Source: Escherichia coli | GTDB lineage: Bacteria; Pseudomonadota; Gammaproteobacteria; Enterobacterales; Enterobacteriaceae | Direction: 5' to 3' (one strand) | DNA length: 64,000 nucleotides | Assembly: GCF_044324785.1 (NCBI RefSeq) | Contig: NZ_CP172127.1 | In this document: one piece after another, positions 24,810-36,262 of the stretch | How the letters are laid out: every line of letters begins with the position of its first letter | Numbering within the stretch: the first letter of the stretch is position 1 | The notes under the pieces: model-generated | Database searches by the model: none | Told to the model about the DNA's origin: nothing | Seen by the model: only the letters and a program-made list of their open reading frames with translations | Translations under genes and position numbers: made by a program

Positions 24810-24999
24810 CTGTAGATCTCCCATAAGCATAATTGATAAGAATAGCTAAAGTTTGCTCAGGGAAATGGCGAAGGGAATGCTAATCATCAGAAATGTTGGC
24901 AAGCGTCACAGAATTTTTCTCATCTTAAACTGTTCTGACCAGTGGATTAGCATGTCTTAAGGTAGTTTTGTGAATGATTATCGTGCTAGCGATCATGGG

Positions 25000-25854
25000 T
25001 TAGTTCTGCGGATTCAACGCGCTAAGGATAAAATCCACTATCTGTTCGCGATAAACATCGCCGTGACGATCGGAAAAAGCATCAATGTGTTCGCCATCCG
25101 GGATTAGGATCAACCGTTTTGGCTCTTTTGCCAGGCTATACAACTTTTCGCTGTGCTGCCATGGGATAACGTGATCAGCTTTACCGTGAATCAGTAAAAG
25201 CGGGATCGGGCTGACGCTGGCGATGTAATTTTCGCCGCTGTAACTCTCATCAAGTAAGTAGCCACTGCCGGGGATCATCTGGTTGGCGATGGTCGCATAA
25301 GAGGCAAATGTGGAGTCGAGGATCACCGCACGTATGCCTTCACGATCACCCTGACCAATAACATCCAGAATATTCGCCCCGCCAATACTCTGCCCGAACA
25401 GCACCAGCCGTTGTGGGTTTACATCACTGCGATGGCGCACCACATTGATGGCACTTTGCGTATCGTCCAGCAATCCGGCCTGGGACGGCGTGCCTTTTGA
25501 TTTACCGAATCCACGATAATCAAACATAAAAACATTGAAATTACGTTCGGGTAACCAACTGACCAGCGGCCAGTGGGCGGACATATTTCCGGCATTGCCG
25601 TGAGCATGAATAATGGTAGCAATGGCGTTATCAGCAGGGCCCGTCGAAGAAGGGATAAACCAGCCTTGCAGATGAGTACCGTCCTTAGCCGTAAATTCGA
25701 CGGATTCCGCCGACCAGGGTTCGGGACCGTAGATTTTGTCGTCAGGGTAATAGAAAAAATTGATGGCGATGCGCGGTATTAAATAAATGCAGAAGGCAAC
25801 AACAAAGAGAATAAACAGAATTTTGAGAACGCGTTTGTTCACTGGCAGCGCCAT
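25000..25854 (-). CDS. yfhR: Alpha/beta-hydrolase family protein (putative peptidase/esterase)
   Basis: N-terminal membrane anchor, GQSIGG nucleophile-elbow motif (GxSxG), catalytic His near C-terminus; start at MALPVNKR gives 284 aa. Confidence 0.8.
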   Translation of the reverse strand: MALPVNKRVLKILFILFVVAFCIYLIPRIAINFFYYPDDKIYGPEPWSAESVEFTAKDGTHLQGWFIPSSTGPADNAIATIIHAHGNAGNMSAHWPLVSWLPERNFNVFMFDYRGFGKSKGTPSQAGLLDDTQSAINVVRHRSDVNPQRLVLFGQSIGGANILDVIGQGDREGIRAVILDSTFASYATIANQMIPGSGYLLDESYSGENYIASVSPIPLLLIHGKADHVIPWQHSEKLYSLAKEPKRLILIPDGEHIDAFSDRHGDVYREQIVDFILSALNPQN

Positions 25855-25998
25855 AACCTTTCCTTGCGACTTCTTTATCATCCATTAATCGGGGAAAGAT
25901 GGTGGGAGAGTGGCGAAAGAAAGTAAAGCGGTGAGGAAGTATTTCGGAATAGCGCCTGAAAGGCGAGGGCGGGTGAGTGACATCACCCGCCAGAGTCA

Positions 25999-26802
25999 TT
26001 AACGCTTCAGGGCGTCGCTTAACTCGTCACGCATGTTCGCCAGCATGGCTTTAACAACGCGCGGGTTACCAGCAACGATGTTACCGGTCAGCATGTAGTT
26101 ATGACCACCGGTGAAGTCGCTGACGATGCCGCCCGCTTCACGAACCAGCAGCTCGCCTGCGGCGAAATCCCACGGACGCAGACCGATTTCAAAGAAACCG
26201 TCAACGCGACCCGCAGCAACGTAAGCCAGATCCAGCGCCGCAGAACCGGTACGACGGAAGTCAGCGCATTCGTTGAACAGTTTGCCGACGATGTTGATGT
26301 AGGTGGTGGCGTACTGTTTTGCTTTGAACGGGAAGCCGGTCGCCAGAATAGTACCGTCGAGATCGCGAGCGGTGCTGCCGCGCAGACGGTAGCCGTTCAG
26401 CTGTGCGCCCTGACCGCGAGTGGCGGTGAACAGTTCGTTACGCATAGGATCGTAAACCACAGCAACTTCAGTGCGGCCTTTGATACGAACGGCGATAGAT
26501 ACCGCGAAGTGCGGCAGACGTTTGATAAAGTTGGTAGTGCCATCCAGTGGATCGATAACCCATTGAACATCCTGATCAGTACCTTCAAGTTCACCGCTTT
26601 CTTCGGTGATGATGGTGTGCTGTGGGTAAGATTTACGAATCGTGTCGATAATCACCGCTTCGGCAGCTTTATCTACGTTGGTCACGAAGTCGTTACTGCC
26701 TTTCTGGCTCGCTTCTACAGCGTCCGGGGTTTCATAGTTTTTGGCAATTAAATTACCCGCCTTGCGCGCTGCGCGCACGGCGATGTTCAGCATCGGATGC
26801 AT
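25999..26802 (-). CDS. suhB: Inositol monophosphatase / NusA-associated antiterminator factor SuhB
   Basis: 267-aa IMPase-family protein with metal-binding motifs (DPLDGT, WDFAAG). Confidence 0.95.
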   Translation of the reverse strand: MHPMLNIAVRAARKAGNLIAKNYETPDAVEASQKGSNDFVTNVDKAAEAVIIDTIRKSYPQHTIITEESGELEGTDQDVQWVIDPLDGTTNFIKRLPHFAVSIAVRIKGRTEVAVVYDPMRNELFTATRGQGAQLNGYRLRGSTARDLDGTILATGFPFKAKQYATTYINIVGKLFNECADFRRTGSAALDLAYVAAGRVDGFFEIGLRPWDFAAGELLVREAGGIVSDFTGGHNYMLTGNIVAGNPRVVKAMLANMRDELSDALKR

Positions 26803-26920
26803 CGGTCTCTCTCACTGGATGTTAAAGAACGGGAAAACGGCGCAGAGTATAGCAGCGAGATCGGCATCTGTCTTCGTTTTATGATAAGATGCGCGAATAA
26901 TCTTTAGACGAAGAAAGACA

Positions 26921-27661
26921 ATGCTGCAAAATATTCGAATTGTGCTGGTGGAGACGTCACACACCGGCAATATGGGTTCTGTTGCCCGTGCCATGAAAAC
27001 AATGGGATTAACCAATCTGTGGCTGGTTAATCCACTGGTGAAACCTGACTCCCAGGCGATTGCCCTGGCAGCAGGGGCCAGCGATGTGATTGGTAATGCT
27101 CATATCGTCGATACGCTCGACGAAGCGTTAGCCGGTTGTAGCCTGGTGGTGGGCACCAGCGCACGCTCCCGCACGCTGCCGTGGCCGATGCTCGACCCGC
27201 GCGAATGTGGTCTGAAAAGCGTCGCTGAAGCGGCAAATACCCCGGTGGCGCTGGTTTTTGGTCGTGAGCGTGTTGGCTTGACCAATGAAGAGTTGCAGAA
27301 ATGCCATTATCATGTCGCGATTGCTGCGAACCCGGAATACAGTTCGCTGAACCTGGCGATGGCGGTTCAGGTTATTGCCTATGAAGTGCGCATGGCCTGG
27401 CTGGCAACTCAGGAAGATGGCGAACAAGTCGAGCATGAAGAGACGCCGTATCCGCTGGTCGATGATCTGGAGCGTTTTTATGGTCATCTGGAACAAACGC
27501 TGCTGGCAACCGGTTTTATTCGTGAAAACCATCCGGGGCAGGTGATGAATAAATTGCGCCGTCTGTTTACCCGTGCGCGCCCGGAAAGCCAGGAATTGAA
27601 TATCCTGCGCGGGATTCTGGCTTCTATAGAGCAGCAGAATAAAGGTAATAAGGCCGAATAA
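26921..27661 (+). CDS. trmJ: tRNA (cytidine/uridine-2'-O)-methyltransferase TrmJ (SPOUT family)
   Basis: 246-aa SpoU-type methyltransferase ([14 protein letters not shown]); divergent from suhB. Confidence 0.9.
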   Translation: MLQNIRIVLVETSHTGNMGSVARAMKTMGLTNLWLVNPLVKPDSQAIALAAGASDVIGNAHIVDTLDEALAGCSLVVGTSARSRTLPWPMLDPRECGLKSVAEAANTPVALVFGRERVGLTNEELQKCHYHVAIAANPEYSSLNLAMAVQVIAYEVRMAWLATQEDGEQVEHEETPYPLVDDLERFYGHLEQTLLATGFIRENHPGQVMNKLRRLFTRARPESQELNILRGILASIEQQNKGNKAE

Positions 27662-27663
27662 CA

Positions 27664-27757
27664 GTGGTTGCCTGATGCGACGCTTAATGCGTCTTATCAG
27701 GCCTACAATGTACAGAACCGTAGGTCGGATAAGGTGTTCACACCGCATCCGACAACA
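27664..27757. repeat. REP/BIME cluster downstream of trmJ
   Basis: Motifs tgcctgatgcgacgcttaatgcgtcttatcaggcctaca and cggataaggtgttcacaccgcatccg. Confidence 0.55.
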
Positions 27758-27795
27758 GGTACAAACGCCACGATAAAAAAATGGCACTGAAGGTT

Positions 27796-27847
27796 AAATA
27801 CCCGACTAAATCAGTCAAGTAAATAGTTGACCAATTTACTCGGGAAT
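27796..27847. promoter_or_regulatory. Two adjacent IscR type-1-like operator sites in the iscR promoter region
   Basis: ATACCCGACTAAATCAGTCAAGTAAAT and AAATAGTTGACCAATTTACTCGGGAAT fit the IscR type-1 motif as I remember it (ATAnnnGACTnnnnnAGTCnnnTAT-like), 85-135 bp upstream of iscR. Confidence 0.5.
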
Positions 27848-27930
27848 GTCAGACTTGACCCTGCTATGCAATACCCCCACTTTTACAATAAAAAACCCCG
27901 GGCAGGGGCGAGTTTGAGGTGAAGTAAGAC

Positions 27931-28419
27931 ATGAGACTGACATCTAAAGGGCGCTATGCCGTGACCGCAATGCTTGACGTTGCGCTCAACTCTGAAGCGG
28001 GCCCGGTACCGTTGGCTGATATTTCCGAACGTCAGGGAATTTCCCTTTCTTATCTGGAACAACTGTTTTCCCGTCTGCGTAAAAATGGTCTGGTTTCCAG
28101 CGTACGTGGACCAGGCGGTGGTTATCTGTTAGGCAAAGATGCCAGCAGCATCGCCGTTGGCGAAGTGATTAGCGCCGTTGACGAATCTGTAGATGCTACC
28201 CGTTGTCAGGGTAAAGGCGGCTGCCAGGGCGGCGATAAATGCCTGACCCACGCGCTGTGGCGTGATTTGAGCGACCGTCTCACCGGTTTTCTCAACAACA
28301 TTACTTTAGGCGAACTGGTTAATAACCAGGAAGTGCTGGATGTGTCTGGTCGTCAGCATACTCACGACGCGCCACGCACCCGCACACAAGACGCGATCGA
28401 CGTTAAGTTACGCGCTTAA
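27931..28419 (+). CDS. iscR: Fe-S cluster-containing transcriptional regulator IscR (Rrf2 family)
   Basis: 162-aa [22 protein letters not shown]... with Rrf2 HTH and cluster-ligand cysteines ([16 protein letters not shown]). Confidence 0.95.
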
Positions 28420-28530
28420 TAAAAAGTATTCAGAATCAGGCCGGAGTGTTTAACACTCCGTAAACACGGTCGTACATCCAGCCGGTAGCCTGGTTCCTTG
28501 CATTGAGTGATGTACGGAGTTTATAGAGCA

Positions 28531-29745
28531 ATGAAATTACCGATTTATCTCGACTACTCCGCAACCACGCCGGTGGACCCGCGTGTTGCCGAGAAAATGA
28601 TGCAGTTTATGACGATGGACGGAACCTTTGGTAACCCGGCCTCCCGTTCTCACCGTTTCGGCTGGCAGGCTGAAGAAGCGGTAGATATCGCCCGTAATCA
28701 GATTGCCGATCTGGTCGGCGCTGACCCGCGTGAAATCGTCTTTACCTCTGGTGCAACCGAATCTGACAACCTGGCGATCAAAGGTGCAGCCAACTTTTAT
28801 CAGAAAAAAGGCAAGCACATCATCACCAGTAAAACCGAACACAAAGCGGTACTGGATACCTGCCGTCAGCTGGAGCGCGAAGGTTTCGAAGTCACCTACC
28901 TGGCACCGCAGCGTAATGGCATTATCGACCTGAAAGAACTGGAAGCAGCGATGCGTGACGACACCATCCTCGTTTCCATCATGCACGTAAATAACGAAAT
29001 CGGCGTGGTGCAGGATATCGCGGCTATCGGCGAAATGTGCCGTGCTCGCGGCATTATCTATCACGTTGATGCAACCCAGAGCGTGGGCAAACTGCCTATC
29101 GACCTGAGCCAGTTGAAAGTTGACCTGATGTCATTCTCCGGTCACAAAATCTATGGCCCGAAAGGGATCGGTGCGCTGTATGTGCGTCGTAAACCGCGCG
29201 TACGCATCGAAGCGCAAATGCACGGCGGCGGTCACGAGCGCGGTATGCGTTCCGGCACTCTGCCTGTTCACCAGATCGTTGGTATGGGCGAAGCCTATCG
29301 CATCGCAAAAGAAGAGATGGCGACCGAGATGGAACGTCTGCGCGGCCTGCGTAACCGTCTGTGGAACGGCATCAAAGATATCGAAGAAGTTTACCTGAAC
29401 GGTGACCTGGAACACGGTGCGCCGAACATTCTCAACGTCAGCTTCAACTACGTTGAAGGTGAGTCGCTGATTATGGCGCTGAAAGACCTCGCGGTTTCTT
29501 CCGGCTCCGCCTGTACGTCGGCAAGCCTCGAACCGTCCTACGTGCTGCGCGCGCTGGGGCTGAACGACGAGCTGGCACATAGCTCTATCCGTTTCTCTTT
29601 AGGTCGTTTTACTACTGAAGAAGAGATCGACTACACCATCGAGTTAGTTCGTAAATCCATCGGTCGTCTGCGTGACCTTTCTCCGCTGTGGGAAATGTAC
29701 AAGCAGGGCGTGGATCTGAACAGCATCGAATGGGCACATCATTAA
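28531..29745 (+). CDS. iscS: Cysteine desulfurase IscS
   Basis: 404 aa starting [19 protein letters not shown]-lysine ([12 protein letters not shown]) and active-site Cys loop (SSGSACTS). Confidence 0.95.
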
Positions 29746-29772
29746 TCGGTATCGGAATCAGGAGAATTTATA

Positions 29773-30159
29773 ATGGCTTACAGCGAAAAAGTTATCGACC
29801 ATTACGAGAATCCGCGTAACGTGGGTTCCTTTGACAACAACGACGAGAACGTCGGCAGCGGCATGGTGGGTGCACCGGCCTGTGGCGACGTGATGAAGTT
29901 GCAGATTAAAGTCAACGATGAAGGTATCATTGAAGACGCGCGTTTTAAAACTTACGGCTGCGGTTCTGCTATCGCTTCCAGCTCCCTGGTCACCGAATGG
30001 GTGAAAGGGAAGTCTCTCGACGAAGCGCAGGCGATCAAAAACACCGATATTGCTGAAGAACTTGAACTGCCGCCGGTGAAAATTCACTGTTCTATTCTGG
30101 CAGAAGACGCGATCAAAGCCGCCATTGCGGACTATAAAAGCAAACGTGAAGCAAAATAA
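29773..30159 (+). CDS. iscU: Fe-S cluster scaffold protein IscU
   Basis: 128 aa with GAPACGDV and LPPVKIHCS motifs. Confidence 0.95.
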   Translation: MAYSEKVIDHYENPRNVGSFDNNDENVGSGMVGAPACGDVMKLQIKVNDEGIIEDARFKTYGCGSAIASSSLVTEWVKGKSLDEAQAIKNTDIAEELELPPVKIHCSILAEDAIKAAIADYKSKREAK

Positions 30160-30175
30160 GAGTTGAGGTTTGGTT

Positions 30176-30499
30176 ATGTCGATTACACTGAGCGACAGTG
30201 CAGCAGCGCGAGTAAATACCTTTCTGGCTAACCGCGGCAAAGGGTTTGGCCTGCGTCTGGGCGTGAGAACCTCCGGATGTTCAGGTATGGCTTATGTACT
30301 GGAATTTGTTGACGAACCGACGCCGGAAGACATCGTGTTTGAAGACAAAGGCGTGAAAGTCGTGGTCGATGGCAAAAGCCTGCAATTTCTGGACGGTACG
30401 CAGCTGGACTTCGTAAAAGAAGGCCTGAACGAAGGGTTTAAATTCACCAACCCGAACGTTAAAGATGAGTGTGGTTGCGGCGAAAGCTTCCACGTTTGA
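30176..30499 (+). CDS. iscA: A-type Fe-S carrier IscA
   Basis: 107 aa, C-terminal CGCGESF motif. Confidence 0.95.
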   Translation: MSITLSDSAAARVNTFLANRGKGFGLRLGVRTSGCSGMAYVLEFVDEPTPEDIVFEDKGVKVVVDGKSLQFLDGTQLDFVKEGLNEGFKFTNPNVKDECGCGESFHV

Positions 30500-30512
30500 T
30501 GCGCATACCGAT

Positions 30513-30556
30513 AACCCCACCGTGGTCGCCTGCGCGTGGGGTTTGTTTTACCTGAT
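30513..30556 (+). terminator. Stem-loop with U-rich tail between iscA and hscB; possible partial terminator or attenuator
   Basis: ccccacc...gcgcgtgggg followed by tttgtttt. Confidence 0.35.
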
Positions 30557-30594
30557 TCGCCGTTATCGCGGCGGATCGCAGCCCTGAGAATGTT

Positions 30595-31110
30595 ATGGAT
30601 TACTTCACCCTCTTTGGCTTGCCTGCCCGTTATCAACTCGATACCCAGGCGCTGAGCCTGCGTTTTCAGGATCTACAACGTCAGTATCATCCTGATAAAT
30701 TCGCCAGCGGAAGCCAGGCGGAACAACTCGCCGCCGTACAGCAATCTGCAACCATTAACCAGGCCTGGCAAACGCTGCGTCATCCGTTAATGCGCGCGGA
30801 ATATTTGCTTTCTTTGCACGGTTTTGATCTCGCCAGCGAGCAGCATACTGTGCGCGACACCGCGTTCCTGATGGAACAGCTGGAGCTGCGCGAAGAACTG
30901 GACGAGATCGAACAGGCGAAAGATGAAGCGCGGCTGGAAAGCTTTATCAAACGTGTGAAAAAGATGTTTGATACCCGCCATCAGTTGATGGTTGAACAGT
31001 TAGACAACGAGACGTGGGACGCGGCGGCGGATACCGTGCGTAAGCTGCGTTTTCTCGATAAACTGCGAAGCAGTGCCGAACAACTCGAAGAAAAACTGCT
31101 CGATTTTTAA
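30595..31110 (+). CDS. hscB: J-domain co-chaperone HscB
   Basis: 171 aa, J-domain with HPD motif (QRQYHPDKF). Confidence 0.95.
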   Translation: MDYFTLFGLPARYQLDTQALSLRFQDLQRQYHPDKFASGSQAEQLAAVQQSATINQAWQTLRHPLMRAEYLLSLHGFDLASEQHTVRDTAFLMEQLELREELDEIEQAKDEARLESFIKRVKKMFDTRHQLMVEQLDNETWDAAADTVRKLRFLDKLRSSAEQLEEKLLDF

Positions 31111-31126
31111 TTTCTGGAAGCTAAAC

Positions 31127-32977
31127 ATGGCCTTATTACAAATTAGTGAACCTGGTTTGAGTGCTGCGCCGCATCAGCGTCGTCTGGCGGCCGGTATCGA
31201 CCTGGGCACAACCAACTCGCTGGTGGCGACAGTGCGCAGCGGTCAGGCCGAAACGTTAGCCGACCATGAAGGCCGTCACCTGCTGCCGTCTGTTGTTCAC
31301 TATCAACAGCAAGGGCATTCGGTGGGTTATGACGCGCGTACTAACGCAGCGCTTGACACCGCCAACACCATTAGTTCTGTTAAACGCCTGATGGGGCGCT
31401 CGCTGGCTGATATCCAGCAACGCTATCCGCATCTGCCTTATCAATTCCAGGCCAGCGAAAACGGCCTGCCGATGATTGAAACGGCGGCGGGGCTGCTGAA
31501 CCCGGTGCGCGTTTCTGCGGACATCCTCAAAGCACTGGCGGCGCGGGCAACTGAAGCCCTGGCAGGCGAGCTGGATGGTGTCGTTATCACCGTTCCGGCG
31601 TACTTTGACGATGCCCAGCGTCAGGGCACCAAAGACGCGGCGCGTCTGGCGGGGTTGCATGTTCTGCGCTTACTTAACGAACCGACCGCTGCGGCTATCG
31701 CCTACGGGCTGGATTCCGGTCAGGAAGGCGTGATCGCCGTTTATGACCTCGGCGGCGGGACGTTTGATATTTCCATTCTGCGCTTAAGTCGCGGCGTGTT
31801 TGAAGTGCTGGCGACCGGCGGTGATTCTGCGCTCGGCGGCGATGATTTCGACCATCTGCTGGCGGATTACATTCGCGAGCAGGCGGGCATTCCTGATCGT
31901 AGCGATAACCGCGTTCAGCGTGAACTGCTGGATGCTGCCATTGCGGCCAAAATCGCGCTGAGCGATGCGGACTCCGTGACCGTTAACGTTGCGGGCTGGC
32001 AGGGCGAAATCAGCCGTGAACAATTCAACGAACTGATCGCGCCACTGGTAAAACGAACCTTACTGGCTTGTCGCCGTGCGCTGAAAGACGCGGGCGTAGA
32101 AGCTGATGAAGTGCTGGAAGTGGTGATGGTTGGCGGTTCTACTCGCGTGCCGCTGGTGCGTGAACGAGTAGGCGAATTTTTCGGTCGTCCACCGCTGACT
32201 TCCATCGACCCGGATAAAGTCGTCGCTATTGGCGCGGCAATTCAGGCGGATATTCTGGTGGGTAACAAGCCAGACAGCGAAATGCTGCTGCTTGATGTGA
32301 TCCCACTGTCGCTGGGCCTCGAAACGATGGGCGGCCTGGTGGAGAAAGTGATTCCGCGTAATACCACTATTCCGGTGGCCCGCGCTCAGGATTTCACCAC
32401 CTTTAAAGATGGTCAGACGGCGATGTCTATCCATGTAATGCAGGGTGAGCGTGAACTGGTGCAGGACTGCCGCTCGCTGGCGCGTTTTGCGCTGCGTGGT
32501 ATCCCGGCGCTACCGGCTGGCGGCGCGCATATTCGCGTGACGTTCCAGGTCGATGCCGACGGTCTTTTGAGCGTGACGGCGATGGAGAAATCCACCGGCG
32601 TTGAGGCGTCTATTCAGGTCAAACCGTCTTACGGTCTGACCGACAGCGAAATCGCCTCGATGATCAAAGACTCAATGAGCTATGCCGAGCAGGACGTAAA
32701 AGCCCGTATGCTGGCAGAACAAAAAGTAGAAGCGGCGCGTGTGCTGGAAAGTTTGCACGGCGCGCTGGCTGCTGATGCCGCGCTGTTAAGCGCCGCAGAG
32801 CGTCAGGTCATCGACGATGCTGCCGCTCACCTGAATGAAGTGGCTCAGGGCGATGATGTTGACGCCATCGAACAAGCGATTAAAAACGTAGACAAACAAA
32901 CCCAGGATTTCGCCGCTCGCCGCATGGACCAGTCGGTTCGTCGTGCGCTGAAAGGCCATTCCGTGGACGAGGTTTAA
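31127..32977 (+). CDS. hscA: Hsp70-family chaperone HscA
   Basis: 616 aa from [10 protein letters not shown]; Hsp70 signatures ([17 protein letters not shown]); the ORF-track extension that overlaps hscB was rejected. Confidence 0.95.
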   Translation: MALLQISEPGLSAAPHQRRLAAGIDLGTTNSLVATVRSGQAETLADHEGRHLLPSVVHYQQQGHSVGYDARTNAALDTANTISSVKRLMGRSLADIQQRYPHLPYQFQASENGLPMIETAAGLLNPVRVSADILKALAARATEALAGELDGVVITVPAYFDDAQRQGTKDAARLAGLHVLRLLNEPTAAAIAYGLDSGQEGVIAVYDLGGGTFDISILRLSRGVFEVLATGGDSALGGDDFDHLLADYIREQAGIPDRSDNRVQRELLDAAIAAKIALSDADSVTVNVAGWQGEISREQFNELIAPLVKRTLLACRRALKDAGVEADEVLEVVMVGGSTRVPLVRERVGEFFGRPPLTSIDPDKVVAIGAAIQADILVGNKPDSEMLLLDVIPLSLGLETMGGLVEKVIPRNTTIPVARAQDFTTFKDGQTAMSIHVMQGERELVQDCRSLARFALRGIPALPAGGAHIRVTFQVDADGLLSVTAMEKSTGVEASIQVKPSYGLTDSEIASMIKDSMSYAEQDVKARMLAEQKVEAARVLESLHGALAADAALLSAAERQVIDDAAAHLNEVAQGDDVDAIEQAIKNVDKQTQDFAARRMDQSVRRALKGHSVDEV

Positions 32978-32978
32978 T

Positions 32979-33314
32979 ATGCCAAAGATTGTTATTTTGC
33001 CTCATCAGGATCTCTGCCCTGATGGCGCTGTTCTGGAAGCGAATAGCGGTGAAACCATTCTCGACGTTGCGCTGCGTAACGGTATCGAGATTGAACACGC
33101 CTGTGAAAAATCCTGTGCTTGCACCACCTGCCACTGCATCGTTCGCGAAGGTTTTGACTCGCTGCCGGAAAGCTCAGAGCAGGAAGACGACATGCTGGAC
33201 AAAGCCTGGGGACTGGAGCCGGAAAGCCGTTTAAGCTGCCAGGCGCGCGTTACCGACGAAGATTTAGTGGTCGAAATCCCGCGTTACACTATCAACCATG
33301 CGCGTGAGCATTAA
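32979..33314 (+). CDS. fdx: [2Fe-2S] ferredoxin Fdx
   Basis: 111 aa with adrenodoxin-type Cys ligands ([12 protein letters not shown] ... C). Confidence 0.95.
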
Positions 33315-33325
33315 CAGAGGTTAGT

Positions 33326-33526
33326 ATGGGACTTAAGTGGACCGATAGCCGCGAAATTGGCGAAGCACTGTACGATGCGTATCCCGATCTTGATCCGAAA
33401 ACGGTTCGATTCACCGATATGCATCAGTGGATTTGCGATCTGGAAGATTTCGACGACGACCCGCAGGCATCCAACGAGAAAATCCTCGAAGCGATTTTGT
33501 TAGTCTGGCTGGACGAAGCCGAATAA
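33326..33526 (+). CDS. iscX: Fe-S assembly accessory protein IscX (YfhJ)
   Basis: 66-aa acidic protein [24 protein letters not shown]. Confidence 0.9.
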
Positions 33527-33703
33527 TTTCCGCGTCATGCTTCACGCCGCAGATGCGTTGGCTGCGCTCGTTCACCCCAGTCACATAGTTATCTATGCTC
33601 CTGGGGCTTCACTCACTTGCCGCCTTACTGCAACGCGAATCATTTAGCGGAAAAATCCTGGGGCTGCCAACTGGCGGCCCTTTTACAAATAAGGATAACT
33701 AAA

Positions 33704-34987
33704 ATGACAGAAGCGATGAAAATTACCCTCTCTACCCAACCTGCCGACGCGCGCTGGGGAGAAAAAGCGACTTACAGCATTAATAATGATGGCATTACCC
33801 TGCATTTGAACGGGGTGGACGATCTGGGGCTGATCCAGCGTGCGGCGCGCAAGATTGACGGTCTGGGCATCAAGCATGTTCAGTTAAGCGGTGAAGGCTG
33901 GGATGCGGATCGTTGCTGGGCATTCTGGCAAGGTTACAAAGCCCCGAAAGGCACGCGTAAAATGGAGTGGCCGGATCTGGACGATGCCCAGCGCCAGGAA
34001 CTGGATAACCGCCTGATGATCATCGACTGGGTGCGTGACACCATCAACGCACCGGCGGAAGAACTGGGGCCATCGCAACTGGCACAGCGTGCTGTTGATC
34101 TGATCAGCAACGTCGCAGGCGATCGTGTGACTTATCGGATCACCAAAGGTGAAGATCTGCGTGAGCAAGGTTATATGGGGCTGCACACTGTCGGACGCGG
34201 TTCAGAACGTTCCCCGGTATTGCTGGCGCTGGATTACAACCCAACTGGCGATAAAGAAGCGCCAGTGTACGCGTGCCTGGTTGGTAAAGGCATCACCTTT
34301 GATTCCGGCGGCTACAGCATCAAACAGACCGCATTTATGGACTCGATGAAGTCGGACATGGGCGGCGCGGCAACGGTTACCGGGGCGCTGGCGTTTGCCA
34401 TTACGCGCGGACTGAACAAGCGCGTGAAGCTGTTCCTCTGCTGTGCGGATAACCTGATCAGCGGCAACGCGTTCAAACTGGGCGATATTATTACCTATCG
34501 CAACGGTAAAAAAGTTGAAGTGATGAACACTGATGCCGAAGGGCGTCTGGTGCTGGCTGATGGCCTGATTGATGCCAGTGCGCAGAAACCGGAACTGATC
34601 ATTGATGCGGCGACCCTCACCGGGGCGGCGAAAACCGCGCTGGGTAATGATTATCACGCGCTGTTCAGTTTTGACGATGCGCTTGCCGGTCGCTTGCTGG
34701 CGAGTGCCTCACAAGAGAATGAACCGTTCTGGCGTCTGCCGCTGGCGGAGTTCCACCGCAGCCAGCTGCCGTCTAACTTTGCGGAACTGAACAATACCGG
34801 AAGCGCGGCGTACCCGGCAGGCGCGAGCACGGCGGCGGGCTTCCTGTCGCACTTTGTTGAGAACTATCAGCAAGGCTGGCTGCATATCGACTGCTCGGCG
34901 ACTTACCGTAAAGCGCCGGTTGAACAGTGGTCTGCGGGTGCTACGGGACTTGGTGTGCGCACGATTGCTAATCTGTTAACGGCGTAA
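33704..34987 (+). CDS. pepB: Peptidase B (M17 leucyl aminopeptidase family)
   Basis: 427 aa from [11 protein letters not shown]17 signature [11 protein letters not shown]-track upstream extension rejected. Confidence 0.9.
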   Translation: MTEAMKITLSTQPADARWGEKATYSINNDGITLHLNGVDDLGLIQRAARKIDGLGIKHVQLSGEGWDADRCWAFWQGYKAPKGTRKMEWPDLDDAQRQELDNRLMIIDWVRDTINAPAEELGPSQLAQRAVDLISNVAGDRVTYRITKGEDLREQGYMGLHTVGRGSERSPVLLALDYNPTGDKEAPVYACLVGKGITFDSGGYSIKQTAFMDSMKSDMGGAATVTGALAFAITRGLNKRVKLFLCCADNLISGNAFKLGDIITYRNGKKVEVMNTDAEGRLVLADGLIDASAQKPELIIDAATLTGAAKTALGNDYHALFSFDDALAGRLLASASQENEPFWRLPLAEFHRSQLPSNFAELNNTGSAAYPAGASTAAGFLSHFVENYQQGWLHIDCSATYRKAPVEQWSAGATGLGVRTIANLLTA

Positions 34988-34995
34988 ACGTCTTA

Positions 34996-35075
34996 TTTGG
35001 CCTACAAAATTGCGAAAATCCAATAGATTGAGATTCTCTTGTAGGCCTGATAAGCGTGGCGCATCAGGCACTTGT
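34996..35075. repeat. REP/BIME element between pepB and sseB
   Basis: ttggcctacaaaattgcg ... ttgtaggcctgataagcgtggcgcatcaggca. Confidence 0.55.
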
Positions 35076-35105
35076 GCCCCGAACGTTGAATGAATTGTGG
35101 TTCTT

Positions 35106-35882
35106 ATGTCCGAAACAAAAAACGAACTTGAAGATCTGCTGGAAAAAGCAGCAACCGAACCGGCGCACCGCCCGGCCTTTTTCCGTACGCTACTGGGATC
35201 CACCGTCTGGGTGCCTGGTACGGCGGCGCAGGGCGAGGCTGTGGTTGAAGATAGCGCACTTGATTTACAGCACTGGGAAAAAGAAGACGGCACCAGTGTC
35301 ATTCCTTTTTTCACCTCGTTAGAAGCACTTCAACAGGTGGTTGAAGACGAACAGGCATTTGTCGTAATGCCCGTTCGCACATTGTTTGAGATGACCCTTG
35401 GCGAAACGCTCTTCCTTAATGCCAAACTGCCAACCGGTAAAGAATTTATGCCGCGTGAAATCAGTTTGCTGATTGGTGAAGAAGGAAATCTGCTGAGCAG
35501 CCAGGAAGTACTGGAAGGCGGTGAATCGCTGATATTATCGGAAGTTGCAGAGCCACCAGCACAAATGATTGATTCACTCACCACCTTATTTAAAACCATT
35601 AAGCCAGTGAAGCGTGCTTTTCTTTGTTCAATTAAAGAGAACGAAGAGGCACAGCCTAATTTACTTATTGGCATTGAAGCCGATGGTGATATCGAAGAAA
35701 TTATTCAGGCGGCGGGAAGTGTAGCGACCGATACATTACCTGGCGATGAACCCATCGATATTTGTCAGGTGAAAAAAGGGGAAAAAGGAATTAGCCACTT
35801 TATTACCGAACATATTGTGCCATTCTATGAACGTCGCTGGGGTGGTTTTTTGCGTGACTTTAAACAGAACCGGATAATCTAA
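35106..35882 (+). CDS. sseB: SseB (enhancer of serine sensitivity) family protein
   Basis: 258 aa from MSETKNELEDLL; position between pepB and sseA. Confidence 0.85.
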   Translation: MSETKNELEDLLEKAATEPAHRPAFFRTLLGSTVWVPGTAAQGEAVVEDSALDLQHWEKEDGTSVIPFFTSLEALQQVVEDEQAFVVMPVRTLFEMTLGETLFLNAKLPTGKEFMPREISLLIGEEGNLLSSQEVLEGGESLILSEVAEPPAQMIDSLTTLFKTIKPVKRAFLCSIKENEEAQPNLLIGIEADGDIEEIIQAAGSVATDTLPGDEPIDICQVKKGEKGISHFITEHIVPFYERRWGGFLRDFKQNRII

Positions 35883-35885
35883 AAT

Positions 35886-35912
35886 ATGCCGCCCCAAAGG
35901 GCGGCATTCGGG
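35886..35912. terminator. Bidirectional intrinsic terminator: ends sseB on the + strand and the putative ryfA transcript on the - strand
   Basis: Hairpin gccgccc caaa gggcggc; on the - strand it is followed by atatttt. Confidence 0.55.
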
Positions 35913-36199
35913 CTTACCTGCTGTTCTGAAGGTTGTTAACCACCAATAAATTGTTGCCGGAGAGACTCCGGTTATTATTTACCTCGGTTAACAGCGCACC
36001 AGAAACAATAAGTACGATACAAAAGCACCGTATCTTCATTGTGCGGTCCATGCGAAGACCGCATCACGACAGCACCACTGGCGATATTGCCGCGATAGCA
36101 AGCGCTGAGACGCGCTTGCCCTAACGGTCGCGGAACATCCTTTCCTTAAGCCAGCGCCCGCTTGCGAGACGGCGGAAAGGTCCGCAGTGGATAACACAC
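35893..36199 (-). ncRNA. ryfA: Putative ryfA transcript (about 300 nt), a small mRNA/sRNA carrying a short hydrophobic ORF
   Basis: From memory, ryfA lies next to the sseB 3' end in K-12. Candidate - strand promoter (-35 TTGTCA, 16-bp spacer, -10 TATTGT) near 36207-36234 and the terminator at 35886-35912 bound a roughly 300-nt unit. Confidence 0.45.
35914..36051 (-). CDS. Small hydrophobic ORF (45 codons; 41 from the internal Met at 36039): MDRTMKIRCFCIVLIVSGALLTEVNNNRSLSGNNLLVVNNLQNSR; candidate type I toxin-like membrane peptide (TimP-like)
   Basis: Hand-translated from the - strand; hydrophobic stretch CFCIVLIVSGALL; lies inside the putative ryfA transcript; not in the ORF track because it is under 60 aa. 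Confidence 0.35.
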   Translation of the reverse strand: MDRTMKIRCFCIVLIVSGALLTEVNNNRSLSGNNLLVVNNLQNSR

Positions 36200-36262
36200 T
36201 AACAGAACAATAATAACTCTCTTTTACTTGACAAAAAGAGAGTTACTGGCGAGTATTGTGTC

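Noticed and set aside
27128-27787. 219-aa - strand ORF overlapping trmJ
   Set aside because: Antisense to a well-supported gene; translation is Arg/Cys-rich and low complexity.
35933-36124. 63-aa + strand ORF in the sseB-sseA spacer (MLTTNKLLPERL...)
   Set aside because: No Shine-Dalgarno, not hydrophobic, and it runs antisense through the better-supported - strand small ORF and ryfA; most likely non-coding.
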